Part shown: piece after piece, positions 12,501-23,907 of the stretch | Numbering within the stretch: the first letter of the stretch is position 1 | How the letters are laid out: each line of letters opens with the position of its first letter | Assembly: GCA_002269645.1 (NCBI GenBank) | Contig: NIVC01000143.1 | Coordinates: 62,001-126,000 of the forward strand | DNA from: Macrostomum lignano | Taxonomy: Eukaryota | Direction of reading: 5' to 3' | DNA: 64,000 nt | Program-made: the position numbers and the translations under genes | Notes under the pieces: model-generated | What the model was told of the DNA's origin: nothing | The model's database searches: none | What the model saw: the letters and a program-made list of their open reading frames with translations, nothing else

Positions 12501-15500
12501 GAAAAAATATGCTTCTATGGATGAAATTTCTGCCTGGGATAAGCATCGTTTACAGCAAATAACAGCATAAAAATCAACGTGTAGGAAATCCATAAACGTG
12601 AATGCCAACCTCTACATCAAAGTAACGTGATAAAGGACTCATCACCTTATCTGGTTCTGCTGGTGGCTCAGGCAAGCCGTAGACAGTCAGCCGGCACCCT
12701 CCCATGGCCTCGAGCCGGTGCTTCAGCTCGTGCAGCACATTGGCCTCAGCAGCCTCAACGCTATAGCCCAGGTGCAGCAGGTCGGCCGCCATCTCACTGC
12801 AGAACTCATGCCAGAGCATGGCTGGGTCGCTGGGATCGCCATGAGTTAGAATGGCAGCAAACAGGCGGCGCATAGCGGCTGGCATTCGCGTCTCCGCGGC
12901 CTCGCGCATACACAGTCGCCAGTGGTTGTCGTCCTCGAGCAACCCGCGAGCCTGGCAGGCGGCCTTGAAGCTCGGCAGGAGGACGCCGTTCACAGTACGC
13001 AGCGACTCGAAGGATGTCGGGCCAGGCACATTCACCAACAACAGACGGAGGTAGAAGCACTCTCCCATCCGTGGACTCACTGTGTACATGCGGCCGATGT
13101 TGCCAGTTGTCAGGATGCCCGGCCGGCTGGCAGTCTGACGACCACGACCGGCGCGATGCCACTGGTGAGTCCTACGGTCCCAGGTAAAGTGTCGGGGCAC
13201 TTCCAGATAGAGCAGGTCCCGTGCGATGAGATCCTGTCGGCAAAGCTTCAAAGTGGTTGTATGGGAAATATTTTTGTGAGAAAGCTTTATCAAAGGAATT
13301 TGATTCATTGCAATCCATTTAATCTAATTTATCTATTAGTGATGAATATTGTTGTCTATTGAATTATTTAAACTCACCTCAAAGAAGGCCGTCAGGGTTG
13401 TGGGCTTAGGCTGAGCAGCGACTGCTTGCGCTGTCTCCGGGGTGAAGTAGACCCGTTGGTCATCTGGCATGTGAACGGCCAGCCTAATCACAGCAGGGTA
13501 CCGGCTGTGCACCTCGAAGCCCAAGATCGTGCTGACCGCTTCCATGGGACCTATGTACCTGCCCAGTAGGTACTCATTAATCTCGTCCTTCTGGACCTTC
13601 TTCTTCTTGCCTTCTGGCTGTCTTGCCACCTGGCTGGACTGAAAGGCAGCTGTGCCGCTCACGGTGGCATCGCCATGCACGTCCATTGCTGGGGCTGCCT
13701 CAGGACGGAGCTGAAAGGCCGCCATGTCACTGCCCTTGGTGATGTACTTGACCACGTACTTTATGGCCTTCACCGTCGCGCAGATCTCGACATTGAGGTG
13801 ACATCTGAATTCTCGAAGTAGCGCAGGGCAGAAGGGTACCACCCAGCGGTTGTCGAAGGTAAAGCTCAACCTCTGACCGCCGCGCAACTTTGCGAACTTT
13901 GTCACCGAGAAGCCGCCCATCTCTGTGGATCGCCGACGGTAATGCGGGTAGCCATCCTCCAGCGTCATGGTAGCCGCCAAAAACTGTCTCGGGTAGCGCT
14001 TGCTACACTTCCCGTTCTCCATGCATGACGCAGCGGGGTTAAGCTGCTGCCCGCAGGGACCATGCAACATGTTTTCTACGACCAACTTGTGCAGGTCCGC
14101 GTCGGCAACGGGATCCGGGATCTCGGCAGTGATGATGTCGTCAAATTGATCCGGCGTCAGCTTGTCTGCCAGCCAAAGCAGCGCGTGCACATGCGGAAGG
14201 CCTTAAAAAATAATCAACGAAATAAATGAAATCAATGAAATCAATGAATTGAATGAAATGTCACCTACCTCGCTTCTGGTACTCGAGCGCACAAACTCGA
14301 GCGAGCGTGTCACCAAACAGACTTTTTAGCCTGTCCAAGAAGGCCTTCTTCTTCAGCTCGAACACCCTGGCGGTGATGTCCGGCCGGTCAGCTGCAGTCT
14401 GTCCCGGAAGCAGTTCCTCCAGGATCTCGGGCCACTTCGGATTGCACGTCATTGTCAGGAACAGATCTGGGCGGCCGAAGGCATGGACGTATGCCATGGC
14501 ATCCTGCTGACGCTCTAGACGATACCGAGGGCCTCCGACGTAGCTGGAAGACAGAATGATGTGGTTCCCGACCTCCTCCGGGTTACCGTCATTCTCGTGT
14601 AGCGCGTCCCGCAGACCGCGCAGGCTCTCAGACTCCAGTTCCTTCTGATGGAACCGAATGTAGTTCAGCCTTTCCAGCTCAATCTTTGCCGCCTGGTCGA
14701 CTAAGTACTGCTGAAACAGTCGACGGCCGAAGAGCAGGCTGTTGAACTGGCCTGGCCGTACTTGGATCATAAAGGCGTAGAACTTCATCGAGGTGATTCC
14801 GCGGTCCTCTTTGAGGCCAATGTGCCAACCGTCCTCACCGTATGGAAAGAGCAGCACATACTCCAACGGGTCATAGGAGCGGTGGGTCTCACAGATATTC
14901 TGGAGATCATTGGCTGGTGGTGAAGAGTAGGATAGATTTTATAAAAGGGGGAAGGTCTGCCTTTATTCCAAATAGATTATCATGATCACGTCTTTGATGT
15001 ACAAATGAGCTTTCAAATTAACTTAGTCGAAAGAACGCTTTTAAAAACTGAGATTGAGCATTGAGCTTTTGGCAATTTGGCAATTTGGCAATTTGGCCTC
15101 TACTAACAGTAATGAATCGACGCTCAGATAAACAAAGACAATGGCGCTGTATTCAAGCAGGTTACTCAACTATTTCACCGGCGCTAATGCCACCGACAAA
15201 GCCTTAACCCATTTAGGCAGAGCAAGTAGTGCATTAAATAGTATAAAAAGTGATGTGCAAATCGCTAACTATTCGTTGATTAAAGTTGATTAAGTTGACT
15301 TAAAACTGTCCACTACAACACAATTATGCATTTATCAACCATCATCAAGAGCATCTATAAAACTCACCAGCACCCCTCAGATGCAAAATCACATCCCGCC
15401 GCCGCGCTTGAATAATGCCTTCAGCGTCGCCAAGGTCCACCAGGATGCCGACCTCGCTGCATTCAGGCAAATTGAATCGCCGGACATGCTCTCCAGATGG

Positions 15501-17551
15501 ACGGGCATCAGGGTTGATGACCACATGGGCGCTCTGTAGCTGCGGGTCTTCACGCAGTCGCTCAACTGCGCACTTGAGGCTACGCACATAGCTGTTGTAC
15601 TCGTGCAGAGTGGCCTTCAGCTCCTCCAACAAACGGCCGTTTAGCCCAGATGCCCACTGCTGTCTGGTCTGCAGTTCCTGATCAACGAAGAAGACCTGAC
15701 AGAACCTGGCTTCTTCCCCCGGGTTTGGCAACAGGCTGCCGATTCTGTGGTGCATCTGGCCGTGCAGAATGAAGTTTGGGTTCCACCCTGGTGCCTCTCG
15801 CTGAACGGCACCGAGGGAAGTAAGGTGCAGCGCGCTGTTGTATTTCCTGATTTCCTTCAGGAATTCGCTACTGTGCTGATGCTCGCCAGTCAGCAGCCTC
15901 TTCAGGATGTCAGGCGGATCCCGGCGCGGCTCCAAGTGGGTCTGTGTATGAAAAAGAACAAACTAAACTATAGAAAGAGTACAGTGACAGTAAAGACAGT
16001 GAAGTTTAAGCTGAGATGGACGGTCAAAGTACAACTAATACTTGTAGCAAGACTAAGCAAAAAATAAAGAACTGTCTCAAAAAATCAACCCAAACAAACA
16101 AATTCTCACCTTCCCAGAATTGCAGCACAAACTGGCCAGTTCACCCTTCCATCGGAGGGCATGGCAGTGGGGGCACTGAACATCCATGCGACCTAGCTGT
16201 GTTGTATGTGCCCGAAGTCGCTGCTCTACTTCACGGCGCCGTTCGAGTCGTTTCTCGCGCTCTTCTTCTGGCTCAGCTGCCCGAAGTTGCTGCTCTACTT
16301 CACGCTGCCGTTCAAGTCGTTTCTCGCGCTCTTCTTCTGGCTCAGCTGCCCGGAGTCGCTGCTCTACTTCACGGTGCCGTTCAAGTCGTTTCTCGCGCTC
16401 TTCTTCTGGCTCAGCTGCCCGGAGTCGCTGCTCTTCTTCCCGGCGTCTTTCAAGCCGAGCACTTCGGCGGACTCCAGGCTCCGCTTGTCGCCGAGTCAGC
16501 TCCTGTTGACGTCGAGACTGAAGTCTCTCCTCACGCTGTTCCTCATCCTCCGCTTCTGACCGTCTGCGATTCGCCTCACGTGCCTGTTGCAGGCGAGCCT
16601 CGCGCTCGTTGGGGTTTTCTTCATTGCGCCGCTGCCTGGCCATTTTAGCACTCCGGCTGCTACTCGAAAAACTTCCTCTACCACGCTTAGGCATTGGCAA
16701 TAGATGTAAAATATTCTAATAGATAGAGACTTAGAGATTTACTTGAAGATTCAATATATTGTGTGCAGGTAGATGCAAAAATTGTAGTTTGCATGAAAGT
16801 GGTTTAGCTAGGAATTTTTAGTATATTGGAAATCAAGGTGGCTTTTTTAAATATTCAAATATCATCTCCACTGGGGCGCAGAGAAACCCGCAAATAATTC
16901 CAAAACACTGTACATCGCTATTGTGTACACACCGTGCTGTCCGTGCGCCGAGCCCTATCGCCAACCCCCAATACACTCAAATGATAGCTGGCTTGAATGT
17001 ACGAACGCAACCCCACAATCCCGCAAGACGCCGATAATAAAACCAATTGAATTTCGACACATCTATCTATCTATCTATCTATTCTATCTGTTTACACTGT
17101 ACATTGCTATGTACACTCAGCCCAAACCAACCCCCCCCTTATTCCGGGGCACTCAGCCCAAACCAACCCCCCCCTTATTCCGGGGGAATCATTAAATTTT
17201 ACTGCACCCCAACACGCGGGGGTTTTATTTGCATTGAACCCAGAACGCGCGTCACGCACCCCTCCAATACACAGCGGCCCGCGGGGGGAGGTTGGGGAGG
17301 TTGTTTTTACAATTATATGCCACTACCCCTCCACTGAAGAGGCAAAGTGGCCAAAGAAGGTTAAGAAAACAGTTTTCTGCTTTTTTAACGGACTTAACTT
17401 TGAAAATTTCAACATTAAAATAGCCTATTTGTTGCGTAGGAAAATTCTGAATTGATATATGTACGTCCCGCATTTGAGTTGCCAGCCGTCTAGGAGGAGA
17501 TACGCGTTAAACCCGGCCGGTCGATCGACCCACTCAGCTTTAGATATAAGA
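9519..17551 (-). mobile_element. Autonomous Helitron (~8.0 kb)
   Basis: Contains the complete Rep/helicase gene. 5' end TCTTATATCTAAAGC at 17551. The 3' terminal segment at 9519-9565 is present but lacks the right hairpin arm and terminal GGCCTCG. Confidence 0.92.
10711..16694 (-). CDS. Helitron Rep/helicase transposase (HUH endonuclease + PIF1-family SF1B helicase), 8 exons, ~1561 aa, no stops or frameshifts
   Basis: Exons 16694-16110, 15941-15368, 14913-14269, 14201-13378, 13245-12646, 12496-12198, 12064-11677 and 11481-10711. All introns are GT-AG and phase-compatible (4686 nt in total). Rep motifs: DLFLTMTCNPKW, EYQKRG|LPHVH, YVVKYITKG. Helicase motifs: DAPGGTGKT, LIVWDEAPM, GDFRQLL, FAMTIHKSQGQS, QLYVALSR. 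N-terminal 23-aa repeats and a CPHC...CC zinc motif. Confidence 0.96.
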
Positions 17552-18756
17552 CGAGGCCAACTCCTCCGATGGAGGAGAAAGGGGAAGAACTCCCATCACC
17601 GGAATTCCATTCCCTGAAACCCCTTAGCTGAATCCCATGACCCGAATCCCATCATCAAAACATCTTCAAATCCATCAAACTCCTCTCCGCGAAACAGAAA
17701 TCCTCTCCGTGAAACTGAAAACCATCGAAATCCTCTCCGTAAAACTGGACTCAATCGAAATTTTCTCCGTCAAAAAGAACTCAACTCTCAGGGTTCAGTG
17801 CCATCAGTGGTCTAGGGTTAGGGTTAGAGCTGCACAGAGCTGCGGGTTGAAGGCGCCGATAAGAATATTGAATTAATTGAATCAATTTATTGCGCAACCG
17901 ATTTCTCATTTAGTCAGTATCAGGCTCAGGTAAAGTTAACAAAATGATTGCGCAATCTAAATCAACCCTCCAATACACAGTGGCAGTAAGAAGTTGAACC
18001 CTTCCCATAACTTTATCTATTACGTCTCGCGAAACTAAGTGTAATCTTTGCAGAAAGTTAAAAGTTCGGAAATAGTTTTTGAATGCTGTCCTTTTTGTTT
18101 TCATATTTAAAGCAAACAACTTATACCTCCAAACTCAGTGTTGCAAGCTCTTTCCGGCAATATAAGTTTTTTCTCTTAAAGTTTAGAACTCGAGGAGCAG
18201 TTAGCGTTTACAACTTTCCGATTTAAAGCATTGAAATATCGAGTGTACGCTCACCGCCTGTTAAAGCGACTCGCAAGTTATGCAATGAATTTAACTGTCC
18301 TACAATACACAGGCTTCATATTGAAAGGCAGAACAACTTAACAGTAGCCAAATCATTGCGCAATCATCTATACAGTGCGCCAGTGAGCTAGGGTCCAATT
18401 GTACACACGCAGCCACTTAGAACGCCCCATCCCCCAACTGGAGAGAAATGCACTGGCGAGATAGGAGAAAGTTATGGCGCAAGCAATCAAAATTGATGCA
18501 TTTTATCAGCTCCGAGCAGAAAGAGGGGACAAATAAGATTATCAAAGGTCAAGATTGCAGTTTTCTGCTTTTTTAGGGATCTTAAAATGTGAAAATAAAA
18601 AATTGAAATAGCCCACTGCAGTCCCCGGAAAATTTGCAGTTTCCCCATATAAGTTTCAACGCTGACTTGCAAGTATTCTAGGAGGAGTTATGCAACACAC
18701 AAACAAACAGACAAACAAACAAACAATCATCGCACCAACTTTAGTATTAGGAGAGA
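17552..18756 (-). mobile_element. Non-autonomous Helitron unit 6 (~1.2 kb) with a different 5' end
   Basis: 3' end is the same hairpin (perfect CTCCTCC-ATC-GGAGGAG) + TTGGCCTCG. The 5' end reads TCTCTCCTAATACTAAAGTTGG followed by a (TTTG)n tract, the layout typical of Lep1-like non-autonomous Helitrons. Confidence 0.78.
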
Positions 18757-21465
18757 CGAGGCCAACTCCTCCGTTGGCGGAGTAAGGGGAAGAACTCCCA
18801 TCGCCAGAATTTCATTTTCTGAAATCCATCAGCTGAATCCAATGACACGAATCCCATCGTCCAAATCCTCTCCAAATCCTCTATTAACCCCCCAAAAATC
18901 ATGTTGTTTTACCTGTTTGCAAAAATTGACTGCCTGCCATTGTCCAGATTGAGACTCTCGTCTGTCCCTCTCTCCTCTTTGCTCTCTCATCTCTAATCTC
19001 TCCTATCTCCTCTCTGCTCTCATCTGCTCGTTTATCAATCATTTCTCATCTCATTTCTTATCTCTCATCTCTACTCTCTTATCTCTCCTTTCTGCACTCT
19101 CATATCTAGACTCTCTTCTTTCTCCTCACTACTTTCTCCTCTACTTTTTCCTCTCTTCTCTTTTATCTCTTCACTCTCCTCTCCTTTATCTCCTCTCTGC
19201 TCTCTCATCTTTCTACTTTCTCCCCTCTCCTCTCTCCCTTATCCTCTCGCTTCTCTCTCCCTCATCTTTACTCATTTATCTCTTCTCTCTCGTCTTTTGG
19301 CTCTACTCCCTCCTGTCTCCTCTTTCTCCTCTCTTACCCCCTCTCCTCTCTCCTCTCAATTCCCCCATCTCTTCTGTCGCCTTTATTCTCTTTTTCTTTT
19401 CTCTAATCTGCCCTTTTGATTCTCTCTTTTCATGTTCTCTTTCCTCTAATATTTTATTCACTCTTTCCTTTCTCTTTTCTCTATTCCCTTTCATTTAGCC
19501 ATTTCATCCTCTCTATGAAACAGATATCATCAAAATCATCTCCGTTAAATGCAATCCAGCGTGTATCATCTCCTTCAAGCTACAATCCATCATTTAAAAA
19601 AATATTATCTCTATCAAATTTCAGTCACTCAAGACTATGAAACTGAAGTCTATAAAATATGCTTTTTACTTGCCTGGATATACGTCAAAAAATTTAAAAA
19701 ATCCTCCATAAAACCTCTGAAATATCATAGCATGTTTCCCTGTTTGCAAAAATTGACTGCCAGGTCCAGACTGAGACTCTCTCCTGTCTCCTCTCTCCTC
19801 TTTGCTCCTTTATCTAATCTCTTCTCTCTGCTCTCATCTCCTCTCTCCTCTCTACTCTTACTTTCTTATCAATCACCTCCCATCTCTCATCTCTCCTCTC
19901 TGCGCTCTTATCTATTTTTTCTTATCTCTATTCTCTCATCTTTCCCCTCTGCTCTCTCATTTCTTTTCTCATCTCTCTCCTGAGTCCTCTCTCTCTCTTC
20001 TCTTCTCGCTTCTCTCTCTCCCGTCTTCTCTCCTGTCTTCTCTCAATTCTCTCTTATCTCTCCTCTTCTCTCCCATCTCTCATCTCTACTCGCTTATCTA
20101 TCGCCTCTCCTCTACCCTGCCCTCTCTCTCTTCTCTTTTCTCTCTCGTCTCTCCTCTCTGCTCTCATTTCTCATACTCCTATTTTCTCTCTTACCCTCTC
20201 CTTTTTCATCTCTCATCTTTCCCCTCTCCTCTCTACCGTCTCCTGTCTCATCTCTCTCCTCTCTTCTCTCTCCTCTGTACTCTCTTATCCCTCTCTCCTC
20301 CCATCTTTCCTCCCTCCTTTGCTCTCTCATTTTTCCTCTCTCCCCTCCTTTCTTCCCTCTACATTCTCTTCTCTTCGCTCTCCCTCTTCATCATTCCCGC
20401 CTCACTCCCCTCTTCTCTCCCCTCTGTCGTCGACTCGTCTTTAATCTCACAGCTCTCATATCTACTGTCTTTTCCATTATCTTTCTATCCTCTCTTCTCC
20501 TTGAAATCTCTTCTCTCTACTCTCTTATCTGACGGACTGAAAGCGCCGATAATCAAACCAATTGAAATTTATCACCCGCCTCCTCCATTACTGAAATTAC
20601 TCAAATGATAGCTGGCTTGAATTTGTGTACGCAACCTTCCCCCCAACTACAATCTTGGCAGAAAGTTTAAAAGTATGGAAATCGTTTTTTCAATGCTGTG
20701 CTTTTTGTTTTCATTTAAAACAAATAACTTATATCCCCAAACTCAGCGTTGCAAGATCTTTCCAGCAATACAAATTCTCTCCTCTCAAAGCTTAAAACTC
20801 AAGGAACAGTTAGCGTTTGAACTTCCCGATTTAAAGCATTGAAGTATCTATCGAGTGTACATTCACTGCCTGCTAGCTAGTAAGAGGCTCGCAAGTTTAT
20901 TCCAGGGACTACTCAATTCTAGAGAATTGAGTAGTCCCTGGTTTATTCATTGAATTTAGCTGCCCAGCTAAATACAGTCTTGAAAGACGCCGATAATAAA
21001 ACCAATTGAATATCGACACAGTCCTTATCTATCTGTTTACACAGTACATTGCTATGTACACTCAGCCCAAACCAACCCCCCTATTCCGGGGGAATCATTA
21101 AATTTTACTTCACCCCCAACACGCGGGGTTTTATTAGCATTGAACCCAGAACACGCGTCACCCACCCCTCCAATACACAGCGACCCGCGGGAGGAGGTTG
21201 GGGTGGTTGTTTTTACAATTATGCCACTACCCCTCCACTGGAGAGGCAAAGTGGCCAAAGAAGGTTAAGAAAACAGTTTTCTGCTTTTTTAACTGACTTA
21301 ATTTTGGAAATTTCAACATTAAAATAGCCTATTTGTTGCGTAGGAAAATTCTGCATTGATATATGTAAGTCCCGCATTTGAGTTGCCAGCCGTCTAGGAG
21401 GAGATACGCGTTAAACCCGGCCGGTCGATCGATCCACTCAGCTTTAGATATAAAAGAGAGAGAGA
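18757..21465 (-). mobile_element. Non-autonomous Helitron unit 7 (~2.7 kb family)
   Basis: Full copy of the unit 1-3 family with both termini; carries a 38-bp insertion absent from the other copies. Confidence 0.87.
20903..20940. mobile_element. 38-bp TIR-only hAT-type mini-element with 8-bp target-site duplication
   Basis: CAGGGACTACTCAATTCT-AG-AGAATTGAGTAGTCCCTG has perfect 18-bp inverted arms. It is flanked by GTTTATTC at 20895-20902 and 20941-20948. The paralogous units show a single GTTTATTC (empty site, e.g. 1995-2002). Confidence 0.9.
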
Positions 21466-21476
21466 TAGATATATAT

Positions 21477-21577
21477 ATAAGTCCCGCATTTGAGTTGCCA
21501 GCCGTCTAGGAGGAGATACGCGTTAAACCCGGCCGGTCGATCGATCCACTCAGCTTTAGATATAAGAAGAAGAGAGA
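21477..21577 (-). mobile_element. ~100-bp duplicated Helitron 5'-terminal fragment
   Basis: Direct repeat of ~21365-21455 (gtcccgcatttgagttgcc...ctcagctttagatataa), ending in A|TC on the minus strand. Confidence 0.8.
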
Positions 21578-21626
21578 TGTTCATTTTCCTTTCAATCAGC
21601 CATCTCTAATATTTCTTACTCACTTA

Positions 21627-22967
21627 CTAGGGTCGTCAGAAAAGTTCTGTGTTTTAGAGAATAGCTCAGCTCTATGAATAGCTGAAGAGTTGGGGTTTTA
21701 GCCATAGATATATACAGATATAAAGAGTCGCTAGCTTCAGTTTTAGAGCACCATATCATTTCTAGCCAAAATAGCAGTAATTTTTCAACCACACCCATGG
21801 CGCATTCCGTCCCGCGAGAGAGTTTTTCTAAACGCGACAATCGAGCGATCATCAAGTTTCATGTCCTTCAGGGGCGTTCAGCAACCGAGATTTTTGAAGA
21901 AATGCGGCAGACCATAGGAGACTTTTGCCCATCTTATCAGACGATTCGCCGCTGGGCTATTGCCATTCGCAACGGTAAAGAAGACCTCGACGACAAGCCA
22001 CGCAGTGGACGACCAACGAGTGCTCGGACTGACAGCCTGGTGAGTCAGGTGGAGGCAGCCGTGCTGCAGGACCGGAGACTGACCACCAGGCAGCTGGCTG
22101 ATGCCATAGGGGTGTCCCACGACTCAGTCCACAAGATCCTGACCGAGGACCTTGGGATGCGCAAGGTCTGTGCCAAGTGGGTGCCGCATTTGCTCACTGA
22201 CGATCAGCGGGCTCGGCGGGTCGCCATGTGCGCATCCAACCTGCAGCGGTGTCGGCGGGAGGGCATGGCGTTCTTGCAAAGGATTGTTGCCTGCGACGAA
22301 ACCTGGGCGCATTCTTGGGAGGCGGAGTTGAAGCGGCAGAGTGCCACATGGTGCAGGCCAGGTTCTCCGCGACCTCAAAAGGCCACCCGGAGCATCGGCC
22401 AGCTGAAGGTCATGCACGTGACTTTCTTCGACCGGGAGGGTCTGTTGTTCGATCAGCCTGTGCCAGTGGGGCAGACGGTCAATGGTGATTTCTACCTGTC
22501 GGTTTTGGTGAAAGTTCGGCGTGCCATTCGGGACAAAAGACCTGCACTTCACGCGGCTGGCCCGATTCTGCTTCACGACAACGCAGCCCCGCACCGAAAG
22601 CAAAGCGTGCTGGCTACGATCGAGTCGTGGGGGTGAGAAATTCTTCCGCATCCGCCTTATTCCCCGGACTTAAGTCCATGCGACTTTTTCCTCTTCCCTC
22701 GCATCAAGGAGTCGATGCGAGGCCAGCGTTTCAGCACAGAGGAAGACGTGAATCAGGCCTACAAGGCTGGCATTGCCGCCGTGACGAACAATGGCATGAC
22801 TACAGGCATTGACGGGCTGGTGCGGCGTTGGGAGAAGTGTATTGAAGCTGAGGGCTCATACTTTGAGTGAATAGATGTTAAGGAAGACATTTGTAACTTT
22901 TCATGTTTCTACTGTTTATCGTTCGCAAGTTATTACAATATACACAGAACTTTTCTGACAACCCTCG
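21627..22967 (+). mobile_element. Mariner (DD34D) DNA transposon, ~1.34 kb
   Basis: 25-bp TIRs (21627-21651 and 22943-22967, 23/25 matching). TA immediately left of the element; the right flank is AG. Confidence 0.92.
21797..22870 (+). pseudogene. Mariner transposase with a single premature stop
   Basis: Motifs WVPHLL, CDETW, HDNA and, after an in-frame TGA at 22634-22636 (probable TGG>TGA), EILPHPPYSPDLSPCDF with D-34-D spacing. The frame stays open to TGA at 22870. Confidence 0.93.
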
Positions 22968-23907
22968 AGCCGAGTAAGCCGAGTTTCCAGTCCCTTCTTT
23001 TCTATTCAATGCATCGTAAATTTATACCGCAGAAGTCCCTGCATGGCATAACTAGCCTACTACTTGTGCTTGCGAGAGCGAATTGAAATTAACTGAACTC
23101 GTTTTGAAACAGTCTCCGAACGTACGTCTTGACATTACCAATTTTTTTAACAGAGGAAAATCAAATTAATTAGTAAAATTTATTATCAATTGTAAAATAA
23201 AGCAGTCGCAGGTGAATCAGTGTGGACACTCGCAAGAGCATGTTTTACGAGACTATAGAAAAAGCCGGCCTTTGTTAACATCACAAAGAATAAAAATAGT
23301 AATTAACTTGAAAGAGTAAAGAACAGCACTTGACGTAAAACAGGAAACAAGGGATCTTAGTTAAGACAAAGGAAAGCTTACAGTTCTTACCACTAAAGAC
23401 GCGGCCCTCCCATTGTACTAAATTCATTCAGAGCAAGCCAGGGACGAAAAAAGATGTACATAAATTACATGCACTTTACTGAGTCATCGCCCCAGTACTT
23501 TGCTTTAACAATATTTGAACAAACGTTGGTAAAGAAGACCATTCGGCTAAAAACATCAAAGAACATTCAGCGTTCACCTGTAGAGAACACTGTTAAAGTG
23601 CAAGGACGCATGGAGCCTAAGTTACAGACTTTTTATTGAAGGCCAAATTTCATTTCAACATGCATTAGCTATTTCATAATTTGCAACGTTAACATCAGCA
23701 GGAAAAGCATACGTACCAACTCATTGCGGTATTGTAGTTTTTCAAAACTAATATCCTTCAATCTTTTTAAATTCTGTTTAAATTTGAACCAGAAAGTATG
23801 TAAAAATTGCCTTCATCATGTGTATTTAAACGTAAATATTTCATTTAGAATTTCGCTAATCCACTTCACTGACGCAATGATCTTTGTTAACAATAACAGC
23901 CACTTCT

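Larger units (their letters stand above)
1..21577 (-). mobile_element. Head-to-tail tandem array of Helitron elements (8 units; continues beyond the left edge of the window)
   Basis: On the minus strand a 5' terminus TC(T)TATATCTAAAGCTGAG recurs, joined directly to a 3' terminus made of a hairpin (CTCCTCC-AAC-GGAGGAG or variant) plus TTGGCCTCG. Junctions are at 2518/2519, 5145/5146, 7800/7801, 9518/9519, 17551/17552 and 18756/18757. The outermost 5' ends read A|TC at 21466|21465 and 21578|21577. Confidence 0.9.

Noticed and set aside
10828-16648. Plus-strand ORFs overlapping the Rep/helicase exons
   Set aside because: Antisense shadows of GC-rich coding sequence with no recognisable motifs.
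17813-17828. TTAGGG telomere-like hexamers (also near 8680)
   Set aside because: Only two to three imperfect units inside Helitron-derived sequence; too short to call an interstitial telomere.
22634-22636. In-frame TGA in the mariner transposase as programmed readthrough or selenocysteine
   Set aside because: It falls at a position where Trp is expected (WG-W-EIL), so a TGG>TGA mutation is simpler; nothing supports recoding.
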